The notes under the pieces were generated by a model, which had not been told where the DNA came from, searched no databases, and saw nothing but the letters and a program-made list of their open reading frames with translations. Below, piece after piece: positions 30,498 through 41,900 of a stretch of DNA of 55,152 nucleotides. Position numbers and translations under genes: made by a program. The number at the start of each line of letters is the position of its first letter. Within the stretch, counting starts at the first letter, position 1. Origin of the DNA: a virus. Lineage: Duplodnaviria > Caudoviricetes. Where the stretch lies: the IMG/VR virus record IMGVR_UViG_3300009702_000031, positions 1-55,152 of that record. The stretch is one strand, 5' to 3'.

Positions 30498-31100
30498 ATG
30501 GAGATCAGGCACTTAAAAACACTTGTAGGTTTATTGAAACATGAATTGGATGATGTTTTTAAAAAAGACGCTATTCCAAAGGCTAAAGAGATTATTATAG
30601 ATAATTACACAAATAATCTTCTAGGAATAGTTACTATAGGTAAACCAGCTAGGCCAGAGGACTATTTAGAAGAATTTGAAAAGAGATTAGATAATTTTAA
30701 ATTTACTAAGGACGTTATGGCTACGGTGGTTTTTGTTGTACCAACCACAGATAATTTTGATTTTAGTGGTGATTTAAAATTTTTGAAGCATATTTTAGAA
30801 GGTATGGTAGGTTACTATTTTATTATAAGCGTAGAAGATTATGAGTTTTTAGGCTATACACCACCTAATTTAAAAGATACTTATTATCTTGTACGGGAAG
30901 ATGATCCGCTTATGAATGATGTACTAGAGGTTTTTGGTCCAGATTACTTGGAGCCATATGCTTTTTCTAATTCGCCGCCAATAGATTTATTTGATGGTGT
31001 TAGTAACTACGTAAATAATAATATTAAACAATGGGTTAAAAAAGCAATTAAACAAACAAAGATTAAGTTTGAGTCATATTATAATAAGGGAGCTAGGTAA
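30498..31100 (+). CDS. Hypothetical neck/tail completion protein
   Basis: 200 aa, translationally coupled on both sides; positional call. Confidence 0.4.
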   Translation: MEIRHLKTLVGLLKHELDDVFKKDAIPKAKEIIIDNYTNNLLGIVTIGKPARPEDYLEEFEKRLDNFKFTKDVMATVVFVVPTTDNFDFSGDLKFLKHILEGMVGYYFIISVEDYEFLGYTPPNLKDTYYLVREDDPLMNDVLEVFGPDYLEPYAFSNSPPIDLFDGVSNYVNNNIKQWVKKAIKQTKIKFESYYNKGAR

Positions 31101-32044
31101 TGAGTTATGAAATGCGAAGTCTTAGAAAAGAGGATTTAAGTCTATACCATTACATTAAAGAAGTGGTGTTGTTGGATTTTATAGAAGTTGACGAAATGAT
31201 TCCTCTTGTTTATATGCCTAAATTATCTAGTGTAGATAATGATGCTGACCCTTTGACTAATATATTGGTGTATGCTACGGAAACTAATACTCGACCATTA
31301 CCAATAGAAAGAGGTAGAGGATGGGTATATTTTGATACCGTATCTGGCACTACAACTACTCCGTGCCAACCTTATACATTAGTGTCTGGTACTCGTGCTG
31401 ATGGAGTGCCTGTTGTGGGTACTCCAGAACAATCCGAAATGGTTATAGTATATGATTCTAATTTTAATGTGGTAAGTGATACTACTTATATAATAGATTA
31501 TATAGATGGTAGAATAGTAACAGATAATGCGACGTTAGATTTGGCATATGTTACATACCATTGGTATTATGTTAGTGTAGTAGATGAATGGGAGAAGGTT
31601 CAATCAGCTGATTCACCAGTGGTTGTTATAGATATTTTTGGGACAGATAAATACGGTTATCAGCTTGGATCTGGTAAAAAAGTATTTAGGAAAGTAAATT
31701 TACATGTTTTTGCATCTAGCTCCCCAGAAAGAAAGGATATAACAGAAGCATTATATGATGGGTTATATTTAAAAAGTTGTCCGCTGTATGATTTTCCATT
31801 AGGAGATGTGTTAGAATATGATGGAACGTTTTATGGAAGAAAAGATAATCCTAATAAACTAACCTCTCTATTTGATAGAACAAGTAATAAAAATGTCATA
31901 GGTAATTTAAAGTTCGAAAATGTTAGTGCTCGTAATATTGGGTTACCCCCAATATTATCAAGAAACAGAGAAGAAGTGATGAGCGATCTCAATGCTTACA
32001 GATCCAAAGTAAGCTTTGATTTGGTATCTTATACATATTCGTAG
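31100..32044 (+). CDS. Putative tail terminator/completion protein
   Basis: PVVVID.....YQLG......V.L.VFA....ER..I...L pattern directly before the tail tube. Confidence 0.5.
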   Translation: MSYEMRSLRKEDLSLYHYIKEVVLLDFIEVDEMIPLVYMPKLSSVDNDADPLTNILVYATETNTRPLPIERGRGWVYFDTVSGTTTTPCQPYTLVSGTRADGVPVVGTPEQSEMVIVYDSNFNVVSDTTYIIDYIDGRIVTDNATLDLAYVTYHWYYVSVVDEWEKVQSADSPVVVIDIFGTDKYGYQLGSGKKVFRKVNLHVFASSSPERKDITEALYDGLYLKSCPLYDFPLGDVLEYDGTFYGRKDNPNKLTSLFDRTSNKNVIGNLKFENVSARNIGLPPILSRNREEVMSDLNAYRSKVSFDLVSYTYS

Positions 32045-32173
32045 GGACAAGGGATCACATGTTTTATTTAACTCGCCTCAGTTATTTAAAGCTTGTGAGA
32101 GTGATTTTGTATAGATATCAAGACCAACCTGATTATTTTTGCTGATAAGGTTAAAATAGGAGGATTGAGTAAT

Positions 32174-33766
32174 ATGGCTAGAAATAGAATAATTTATGCA
32201 TCTCAGAGTGTATGGTGTAATGGTGAGGTACTTTATAGAGTACAATCTCTTGGATCTACTACCACCTTTACGTCTGAAGATATCTTCGAACTTGGACATC
32301 TAGATATTGTAGATGTAGTAGACGATGTTCCTGCTGTAGCAATTACATTGAACACCAATGAATTCGGAGATGTCAAGACTGTAGGTACGCTAGCTCAGCT
32401 ACCAGCAGTTAAGCTGGCTATGGATGCTACTGCTACTAATTCTAATGCTAATTTGGAAGTAGTAGATAGTGCTAACGCCAGCACCGGAACTTACCTACAC
32501 GGTGTAAGTCTTGCTGACTTTGCTGTTGTTTGTGGTAATTTGCCGGGTGTTACGTTGTGGGCACCAGTTCAGGATGAGTGTTCTCTTGGAACACTGGATT
32601 CTAATATTGACCAAACTCTTTTCTTAGACGAAGTTTACGTAAATAGTTTGGAGCTTGGTTATACGACGGGTGCTAATGCAACTGAGAACTATGGTGCAGA
32701 AACTGATATGAAAAAATGGCTTTTAAATGCAGGTCGTTTTGTAACTATGGATGCCTACACCATTTCTGGTACGGATATTTCTAATGGTTATGTTGACCTA
32801 AGTCTTGGTGGAAGCGCTACAATTCCTACACTATCCGATGGTACAATTGCTTTTTTGAGAAAAGCAGAGAACGGTGCGCCAGCTGTTACATGGTACGACA
32901 CTAGTGCGGATGATGTAATGAATGTAGAGATTGTTACAGGTACTGCATCAGCAGTTGACACTTATGTATATAATGCTACAGGCCACAGAGTGTACTTACC
33001 TACTGGTATGTACGCACCTGCTGCTGGTGATAGACTTGAAATTATTTATGCAGCCGATGAGTATGGTACATCTGCTACTGGTAAATACTTTGAAATACTA
33101 GATTCTGTAAATAGGCCAGATATGATTGGTGCTATTAGACAGGGTCAGGTAGAGGTTTATATCGTATCTGACTCGGATACTGATTATCAAAATGCTTGGA
33201 GATTGACTGGATGTACAATTACATCTGATTTAACTCGTCAGCCTTTGGCAGAACTTGGTCATTTAGGTCCTTACGACCGCCCATTGACATTGCCTATTCC
33301 GATTACGATTACGATAGATTCTACTATGGGTGATCTTGAGAATTGGTCAATGTTTGCTGATAAACTAGCTGAGTTTGGTGCCAACACACTTGATGATATT
33401 AGTTTGACTGATCTCATGGCTGCTGAAGATTTGAAATTAGTAGTAAAAGTGTTTGCTCAAACCGATGAGGAAGCTGGTGGAACTGGTAGTAACCGCCGCA
33501 TTGCCTCTGGTAGTGATCTTATAGGGCAAAATTACTGGGTAGATGGTGTTATGGGAACATATGCCGCGGCCGGTGAGACTGAACAGCCACTTAAGACTGT
33601 TATTGTAGAACATTTGAAAATTACCGATGAAGGTAATACCCTTGATATGGGTGCTAATATGACGCAAACCTTTGGTTTCAGGTCAACTAACGACTTGTAT
33701 ATGGTTAAGGGTGGTGTTAGTATTAGTAATATTACAGGTGGAAATAAGGTTAGACGTAATGGTTAA
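32174..33766 (+). CDS. Major tail tube protein with inserted domain
   Basis: MARNRIIYASQ...RVQS......EDIFELG N-terminus; strong RBS; downstream hairpin; followed by chaperones and the tape measure gene. Confidence 0.65.
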   Translation: MARNRIIYASQSVWCNGEVLYRVQSLGSTTTFTSEDIFELGHLDIVDVVDDVPAVAITLNTNEFGDVKTVGTLAQLPAVKLAMDATATNSNANLEVVDSANASTGTYLHGVSLADFAVVCGNLPGVTLWAPVQDECSLGTLDSNIDQTLFLDEVYVNSLELGYTTGANATENYGAETDMKKWLLNAGRFVTMDAYTISGTDISNGYVDLSLGGSATIPTLSDGTIAFLRKAENGAPAVTWYDTSADDVMNVEIVTGTASAVDTYVYNATGHRVYLPTGMYAPAAGDRLEIIYAADEYGTSATGKYFEILDSVNRPDMIGAIRQGQVEVYIVSDSDTDYQNAWRLTGCTITSDLTRQPLAELGHLGPYDRPLTLPIPITITIDSTMGDLENWSMFADKLAEFGANTLDDISLTDLMAAEDLKLVVKVFAQTDEEAGGTGSNRRIASGSDLIGQNYWVDGVMGTYAAAGETEQPLKTVIVEHLKITDEGNTLDMGANMTQTFGFRSTNDLYMVKGGVSISNITGGNKVRRNG

Positions 33767-33781
33767 TTAAGTTAAAAAAGG

Positions 33782-33818
33782 AGTGAACGGGAGGGGATGT
33801 AAACCCTCTCCGTTCACT
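33782..33818 (+). terminator. GC-rich stem-loop after tail tube gene (no + strand U-tract)
   Basis: AGTGAACGG-GAGGG pairs with CCCTC-(T)-CCGTTCACT. Confidence 0.55.
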
Positions 33819-33841
33819 AATAACTAGGAGGTTTATAGGTT

Positions 33842-34090
33842 ATGTCTGGAAATGATAAGAGTAGGGAAAAATTTAATAGAGTAATTGAATCTGAAGTTAC
33901 ATCTATGTTTGAACAGATTTTAGATTATACACAAATTGCAGTGCCTACAGCTGATATATATAAAGCACTTAGATCTAAGATTTTACGTGTTGGAAATAAT
34001 TGTATTAGAAATTTGAAATCAGAAATACAACACTATAATATTGAATTTAATCCAACTTCTGAAGATTTTATAGAAGTTGTAAAAAAATAA
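33842..34090 (+). CDS. Hypothetical protein
   Basis: 82 aa with upstream AGGAGG. Confidence 0.6.
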   Translation: MSGNDKSREKFNRVIESEVTSMFEQILDYTQIAVPTADIYKALRSKILRVGNNCIRNLKSEIQHYNIEFNPTSEDFIEVVKK

Positions 34091-34119
34091 AATAGGAAAT
34101 GGTATAGGAGGGATTTATC

Positions 34120-34875
34120 ATGGTAGATGAAAAAAAGGATGATAGGCGTGTATTTTTGGGACCTGATGAAGTAACAGAGTATTATATTGCTCCTCCTGAT
34201 GCGGAGGCTATTAGAGGTGCTGATTGGCAATATAGCAAGGTATACACTAATAGTTTGGTCGAAGGTGGAATTACTACTAGTGCAGAAATGATGGATATTT
34301 TAATGAGGAGAGGAATTATTGGTCCTGAATTTGAACAAAGAGCGCAAGAACTTGCTGAAAATTTGAATACTGCTATTTTAGAGCTTGAAGAAGCTAAAAC
34401 AAATGAAGAAAAACGGGAATTGGCAGTAGTGGTAGCTAATGCTAGAGAAGAATTATTTCAATGGAACCAGAGATTAAATGGTCCTATGTCAAACACATGT
34501 GAAAATCTAGCTGATGATGCTAGATTAGAATATCTAACATCTTGTATGGTACAAGATAAAGATGGTAACAGAGTATGGGATTCTTATGAGAAGTATTTAA
34601 CTGAAAAAACTCAGGGGTTGGCAACCAGAGCAAGGTTTTAGGTGATGTTGTACTTACAGGGTCTCGATTCAGATTTCTTGGAAAAAACCCCTGAAGCATT
34701 AGCTATGAAGGAAGTACAAACTGCAGCGATTGCCGAGGCTGATAAGGCCATTAAACTCGCAGAGGCTCTTCAGGAGGAGGAAGAGCAGAAAATTGAAAAG
34801 AAGCCTGCTGCTAAGAAAAAGCCTGCTGCTAAGAAAAAGCCTGCTGCTAAAAAGAAAAGTTCTGCTAAAAAATAG
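34120..34875 (+). CDS. Putative tail assembly chaperone 1 (251 codons; in-frame TAG at 34639-34641)
   Basis: Position between tube and tape measure; 34120..34641 and 34642..34875 are contiguous and in frame (ARF*VMLYLQG), with no RBS for the second part. Confidence 0.55.
34801..34854 (+). repeat. 3 x 18-nt repeat encoding KPAAKK
   Basis: AAGCCTGCTGCTAAGAAA twice plus AAGCCTGCTGCTAAAAAG. Confidence 0.9.
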
Positions 34876-34877
34876 AC

Positions 34878-35882
34878 ATGTATTTAACACAGGAAGAATT
34901 TGATAGATATTTAAATGTAATTACATTAGGTAAGTTAATTATATTTATAGACAATGTAGAATTTACCTTAGAACAGCCTACTAATTTGATAAAAATGCGA
35001 GGAGATATCGTATACCAAAATGCGTATAAGGGGGCCATTTCAGAAGGCCTCCTTCCTCGTAAAGAACTAGAACAATTAATTAAAGATAGGCATATAATCT
35101 CGGATGAAGAACAATTAGAGTTATCAAAATTAGAGAGTAAATTAGAAGCACAAAAGGTCTTGTTGAGTAAAACCACAAAGGTAAGAGCTAATCAGGATAG
35201 AGTAAAAAAGATTATATCAGAATTGGAAGATGAAATTTTTTCTATAAAGGAAAAAGAATTATCAAAGCTTATGATGTCTGCGGAAACAAAAGCTGAAGAA
35301 GATAGATATAATTTCTTATGTGCTTCTTGTGTATATCAAAATAATGAACTGTTTTGGTCTTCTTATCAAGAATATTTAAAGGAAACTAATTTAAATTTAA
35401 AAAATGAATTATTTACAAAGTTTATGTCATTTTATAATGGTGTTAGTACAAGCGTTATAAGATACATTGCTCGTAGTAATTTTTGGAGGATTCGTTATAT
35501 AACTAGTAGTAAAGTAGCTGATCCTCTATTTGGTAGACCTACTACAGAGTATACAACAGACATGTTAAATTTAGCTTTTTGGTCTAATTATTATCAACAG
35601 GTATATGAATTATTGCCTGAGGACAGACCTCCTGATCATATTATAGAAGATGATGAGTCTTTAGATGCGTATATGGATTCCTTCTATAGTGAGAGAAAAA
35701 AAGAATCTATGGCTAGGAAAGCGGAACGGAAAATTTCAGGAAAACTGTCTGCATTTGATCAAGAAGAAGTGATTGTCACTAAATCTAATGAATTATATGA
35801 AGATATCAAATATGATAAACCAAGAGAAGCACAACGGATAAAGGATAAGACGGATGTTAGGAAGAAGGCTAGGAGAAGATAA
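34878..35882 (+). CDS. Putative tail assembly chaperone 2 (paralog of the upstream gene)
   Basis: Shares P.....D..Y...Y....EG....E...L..R.II and A...R...L....V......W.SY..YL.E with 34120; directly precedes the tape measure gene. Confidence 0.55.
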   Translation: MYLTQEEFDRYLNVITLGKLIIFIDNVEFTLEQPTNLIKMRGDIVYQNAYKGAISEGLLPRKELEQLIKDRHIISDEEQLELSKLESKLEAQKVLLSKTTKVRANQDRVKKIISELEDEIFSIKEKELSKLMMSAETKAEEDRYNFLCASCVYQNNELFWSSYQEYLKETNLNLKNELFTKFMSFYNGVSTSVIRYIARSNFWRIRYITSSKVADPLFGRPTTEYTTDMLNLAFWSNYYQQVYELLPEDRPPDHIIEDDESLDAYMDSFYSERKKESMARKAERKISGKLSAFDQEEVIVTKSNELYEDIKYDKPREAQRIKDKTDVRKKARRR

Positions 35883-35926
35883 TAGTAAGTAGAAGGGGTT
35901 TAACAATTTTATAGGAGGAGCTTATC

Positions 35927-38900
35927 TTGGCTGATAACATTGATATCAACATTATACCTCGAACAGACGGAGCTAATTCGTCCCCCACCTTGGCGGGTAA
36001 CAAACAACTAGCTACAGCTACAGAAAAAGCACTACGCCCACTTATTAAAGGCATGGAGAAGTCTATCCGTGATGCTTTGGTAAAGGGAATAAGGGAGTCT
36101 GCTAAAGTTAATAGTACCGGCCCAATCAACCCTAATGATAAAAAAGGTTTTGAAAAGCTTATTCAAGAACTTATTTCCAAAATGGATAAAAATAGTTCTG
36201 CTTTGGTTGAGCGTTTAATAAAACAGATGGATAAGAACATGTCCCCTGAGGATTTTCAGAGGCAACTTAAATCTGCTGTTAAAACTCAAACAGATAGAGT
36301 ACTAGAGGGGTTTGCTGTTCAAGCCAAGAAATATAATGTAAATATAGACCCAAGGTTTAGACAGGTTGCTTCTGAAGGCGTATCAAATGCTGTTGTAAAG
36401 AGATTTTCTTCTGATTTGGGTAGAATAGTAACGCAGCTTAATATTGTTGTTAATTCCATTAAAAAATTAACGGAGCAGACAACAGACGCTAGTAAGGCTG
36501 CAGCCAGAGCTTATGAAAAACGAGATATAGTGGGTGGTGTTTCTGCTGCAAAAAAAGGCGTTGATGCGTTGGCACAGGCTAAAGAAGTTCGTGCTGAATT
36601 TAAAGAGTTAAAGAGATTGGGAAAAGAGTTATCTGACAATTTTAAATCTATCAATAGTGATCTAGAACAGGGTCTTAAGAGTTTAAGAAGCACTGTGTCG
36701 AGTAGAGTTGCGATTGCTAAACAAGATATACAGAAAAACCCTGTTGGAGCGTCCACAGACATTGCTAAAGCGCTTACAGATCGTTTTTCACAACTACCAG
36801 GAGTAAAAGAGAATCCTGATTTAGTTAAAAAATTAGATGCTTTAACTGGCAGTATAAAGACAATTAAGGGTGTAGGAGAAAAATTAGATAAAATATCTGT
36901 TTTAGTTAGCGACAGTGTTAAAAGTAAGAAAATAACACCAGAGAGTACTAAGGAATTTTTACAACTTATTGGTGAACTTAAAAAGGTTGCAGATGAGTTT
37001 AAAAATACCCCTCGTACACAAAAGAAAGTCCCTATTGAAGGCCAAAAAGATTTAATAAAGGCTATATCACAGCTTGATACTGTAGCCGACAAAATATTTA
37101 AGATCACAGATAAATATTCTAGTACCCCGATACAGGTTAAAGGTGCTGTGCCTATAGATACTAAAAGTATAAAGCAAATTGAGGATGCGGTAGCTGTAGC
37201 TGTTGAAAAGGGTACTAAAAAAGCAACTGAATCAATAAAAACCAAAGAAATATCTAAACTTAAAGAAAAACCTCAAACCAAAGATACTACTAAGCCAGAT
37301 GTACCTCCTAGGAAAACAATTAGTACAAAGAAGGCTTTTAGTCCGGAGGATATCAGCAAGGTTGCTAATGATTTGTATAAAGCGTATAGTAATCTGGTGG
37401 TGTCTGTTAAGAAGAAGCGCGGCGATAAGTCTACGGATATGTTGGAATCGGCGTTTAAATCTGGTAATTTACAAGAAGTTCGTAAGAATGCATCTCGTCT
37501 TCCTGGCGGCGATGAAGTTAGAAAACTAACCAATCTTATGTTATCTATGACAAATGGCACTGGTATTGATATGAAGGAAATTAACAGTGCTATGTCCAAA
37601 GTATCAAATGAGTTCGGTTCTGTGAGTGAAGGACTTTATGATTTAAAGAAGAGTATAAGGGATGCTATTGGTGATTTTAAATCTACTAGAGTAGGAGAAA
37701 AGAGGAGTGGAGTAGAAGAGAAATTAGACAGTTTATCTAAAACTATAGAAGAAGCGGATAAAGAATTAAAGGATAGTGTTGATAAAGGTGCTAAAAGAGC
37801 AAAAACTCAAACTCCCAAAAGAGCTTCAGAATCATTAGCTAAATCTCGTATTGAAAGTGGAGTATATAAAACAAAGACTGTTGAATATCCTTCTAGACTA
37901 ATAACTCCAGATTTTAATGTAAAAGATATTAAGTTTAGTAAACAAGCATACGCCAAAAACATTATAGAACCGATGAAGAGAAATTTTGGTGGTCTTTCAA
38001 CATCTTTGGATGATTTACAAAAAACTATTGTTGATTCGCTAGAAAAGGGTCTTCCTAAATCAAATACTTTTAATTGGCAGATTGTTAAAAAAGATGGTGA
38101 TGATATAGGAAAGTTTTTTGTTGCTGCTGGTGGTGCTGCTAAAGAAGCCAATAGAAAATTAGCCAGGTATTGGAAGCTTCAAATAGCAGATGTTTCTGGC
38201 CTAAAGAAGATGTTAAAAAAGGGGGAATCTGATCTCACTTCTGTTCCAGACCTAGTGTCACAGGCCAAGAAAAGTATTATTAAGACAGAAATTATGCCAA
38301 AGGCCCGCAGTCAAGAAGCTATGGCTAGTAAAGTTGCGGAATGGATAAAGAGCACTTCTGCTAGAGAAATAAAAGAATGGGGAGATGTTACTAACACATA
38401 TAATAAAGAACGAAATAAACGACTTTCTGCTATAAAGAAGCAACACAAGGGCGGAGCAGTTGATGCCCCTATGATTAAGGATGTACAAAAGTCGTTTAAT
38501 GATGACCTGCGTAACGTGTTTGAGGCTACATATGCCGAGGGCGTTGCTCAACGTACTCTTACTAGAAGAGGATTAGTCAGATCTTTACATATTCCAGCAG
38601 TTAGAATGGCTAGTACTGGCGCACCTGTATTAGAAACTGCGTCTGGAAGTCAAAGAGCGATTGCAAAGTTCGCTAGTTATACTTCTGGCTTAGAGAAACT
38701 TTTTGAAAAAATGGAATCAGGAGGAGTGCCTGTTGCGAAAAGATCTGATATTGCCCCTTTAATAAGGGAGGTGGGAATTCATCCATCTACACCTGGTGAA
38801 TTAAATAAAGCTAATGAAGTAGCTACTAATATGTTACAGGAATTATCTAAGGTTGGTAAACTTCCTATAGATTTTTTATCTAGTCAGTATAAAGAAGCAG

Positions 38901-41900
38901 CTGTGATGAAAGGTACACAGTTAAAGAAGTCAGGTGTTATAGAAAGTGTTCCTAATTATGTGGAGGAAGTAGGTAAAACATTTGAAAAATTTAAAAATGG
39001 GCCTGTGGATGAACTAGTTTCTGAAATGGATAAACTAGGTGTTAGCGCCTATGATTTTGCCAAATCTATGGACACTATTAAATTTGAGAATATCTATGAT
39101 ATATATAAAAAAGTTTTAAAAGGGCCATTGGAATCATTGTCAAAAAGGCCGAATGAAAGCGCAGTAAGAAATTTTGAAAAGGCGGTTCGTCAGGTAGAGC
39201 AATTAATGCCATTGGCTCCTGAAAGTAGACCTCGACGTGCTTACCAACAACAAAATGTGATTAATCTAAGAACACGCGCTTCCGATGTATATAGAAACAT
39301 AACAGACCCAAATGAGATACGTGAGTTGAATTCTCCAGAAGCACAGAAGTCTTTAATTAAATCACTTAATTTACGATTTAATGATATGATTAATGAGGCA
39401 GCAGCGTTGTCTAAAGTTCCAGCAAAAGAAGCCAAAGGCGCTATAAAACGTAGGCAGCAAAAATTACCTAAAGAGTTAACTTCATTATCTAGTTTAGGAT
39501 TACCAGAATCGCAAGCTGGTAGTATAGCCGATTTTAAATCTGGAAAAGTATTCGCTGAAAAGGGAGAATATGATAAGGGTGTAGAATATTTAAAGGCTCT
39601 TGGCGGCGTAGGAATGAAGTTCTACAGCGAAGATCTTACTAAGCAGGCGCCTTTTGGACAATTTCAACAGGTTGGTAGAAATATAGCTGGTACCACCAAT
39701 GCTATTAGTTCTAATGCTAGTATGATACGAGGGATGCCAGGTAGTAAAGTTGCTGGTATTACCACAGAGTTTCCAACATTGAGATCTGCCCATGAAAATG
39801 CATTGATTTCTACTGGTAGATTCGGCAGCCAGGGATATGGTTTTAATGTACTTACTGAGTTTAAACATAGTGCTAATACTTTTGAAGACCAAATAGTAGT
39901 GTCTGGTAGATTAGCAAAGGCACTAACTGCTATCGTTAGAAATCTAGTAGTACCTAGTCCCAAAGGACGACTATATACCCGTGGTTCTGATATGGAAGAA
40001 GTGGTTGGTCCTCTTTCCAGCGCGGTAGAAGATTTACAAAAGAAATTAGTAGCAGATCTACCTATGGAAAAACGTATAGGAGAAGTGAGTAAAGTATTTC
40101 AAAAGGTACTTGGTGTAGAACAAAAATATCAAGGTAGAGCAGATAAAGCGTTAATAAGTGAGATAAAAGATGCTCTTAGTGTTGTTAGAGGAGAAGATGT
40201 TAATGTACAAACAGCAAAACTTGCCGAGGTATTTTTAGGACATTTCGGTAGAAAACTTACTACCCGTTATGGTTCTAAGGGAGTCAGTATTGCTTCAGAG
40301 GCCGGTCCTGATAAGGGCGACTACATGAGTAGTTTAAAATCTGTGTTGTCTCAGTATGCTAAAGAAGGTACCAAAATTAAGGTGTTGCCATCTAATGAAG
40401 TTGCTAAGGGAGCAGGTCTTGGTACAGCAATGATGCCTAAATCCATGGGTGAATTGGTATCTGAGATGATAGATAAGAATAAAGATAAGTTAATTTCTGC
40501 GGGACATTTTAAGTCACCACAGGCTGTTGCTGGGCTTAAGAGGTCTTTAATAGAGTCTGGAAATAAATTTATTCTTGATATGTTTAAGGATACATCCAAG
40601 GGATTAGTAGGCGAGAAAGAGGCTAAGAAACAACAAAGGATATTTGATAATTTTACTAAAGCCATGGAAGATATTTATGGTGATAAAGGTAAGATTTCAA
40701 GTGGTTTAGGAGGTATATCAAAATTAAAAGATCTTTATAGTAAGAAAACAGGAGGAGCTCTTTACAAAGAGATCCCTATTGATGTTATAATTAGTTCTAA
40801 GGGTATAGGTAAACGTGGTTTACAACCAGAACTATTAGAAGCAGTAATGAATAATATTATAGGGTCTAAAGGAGGTTCTACTGTAATAAAATCAGATTTT
40901 GAAAAGAATAAATTATATGAGAAATTGTTGGGTAAGAAGGGCGCTCCTGGGCAATTAAGTTTAATAAGTGAGGCACTTGGGTATAAGTCTACTGTACCTG
41001 GAACACTTGCTCAAAAACTTAAGGATCCCACAAAAATAAAAGCACTTGAAAAAGAATTACTACAGAAATTTGGTGGCGATAAGCCAGATATGGCCAAATA
41101 TGCTGCAGAACTTGAAGCACTTTCCAATTACTATGTGGATATCATTGACGAATTGGGTAAACGTAGAAAAGGACTTGTAGGTAAGAAGTTCTTAGAGGTA
41201 GTAGAAGAGCCAGGAGAAACTAAAGAGTGGACTAAGGGTAAAATAGAAGGAGCACAGAAAGGGCTTAAGTTAAACATACAAGCTTATGCTGCTTATGCCG
41301 ATATTTTTGGCAAGAATTCTGAGTTAATGAAGGAGTTTTCTGCTAAACAGAGCATCCAAGCTAAAGAAAGTATGGAGTATTTGAAAGCACTTCAGGCTAG
41401 TCCTTTTAAACAAGCAGATAATCCTGAAATACGAAAAAGAATAATGTAGAACGTAAAAACCGTTTCTCTCAAAGACATTAAATCATTTGATTTATCCACT
41501 GGTTCTTTTGAGCCAGGGCATGAACGTAGTATGCAGGGTTCTGTTTTTGATCTAAAAAAGTTTCCTACTGCATTTAACGTAGAAATACCCAAGACTTCTG
41601 GTAAAATGGGTGAAACAGAAAAGATGTATGTGCCAGGAGCTTTAGCCAGAAGCAGTTACCCAGAACCACTTATTGCAGGTGAGCATGGTGTACCTACTAT
41701 TGCTAGACGAATTCAACATTTGATAAATATGGCTAAGTTAGCTCAGGAGTATGCTGAGTTACCTACTAAGCTTAATAAGCAAATTAGTGAGCTTGAAGAT
41801 GAACTTAGTAAGATGACAAAAGCAGGAGCTAGTACCACAGACATGAAAGCTACAACCCAAGCATTAGACGAATTACGTGCACAACAAAGTCGTTTAATGA

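Noticed and set aside
28933-35882. Contractile tail sheath gene
   Set aside because: No sheath-like ORF was recognised between the neck genes and the tape measure; the 32174 ORF looks tube-like. A sheath elsewhere in the genome cannot be excluded.
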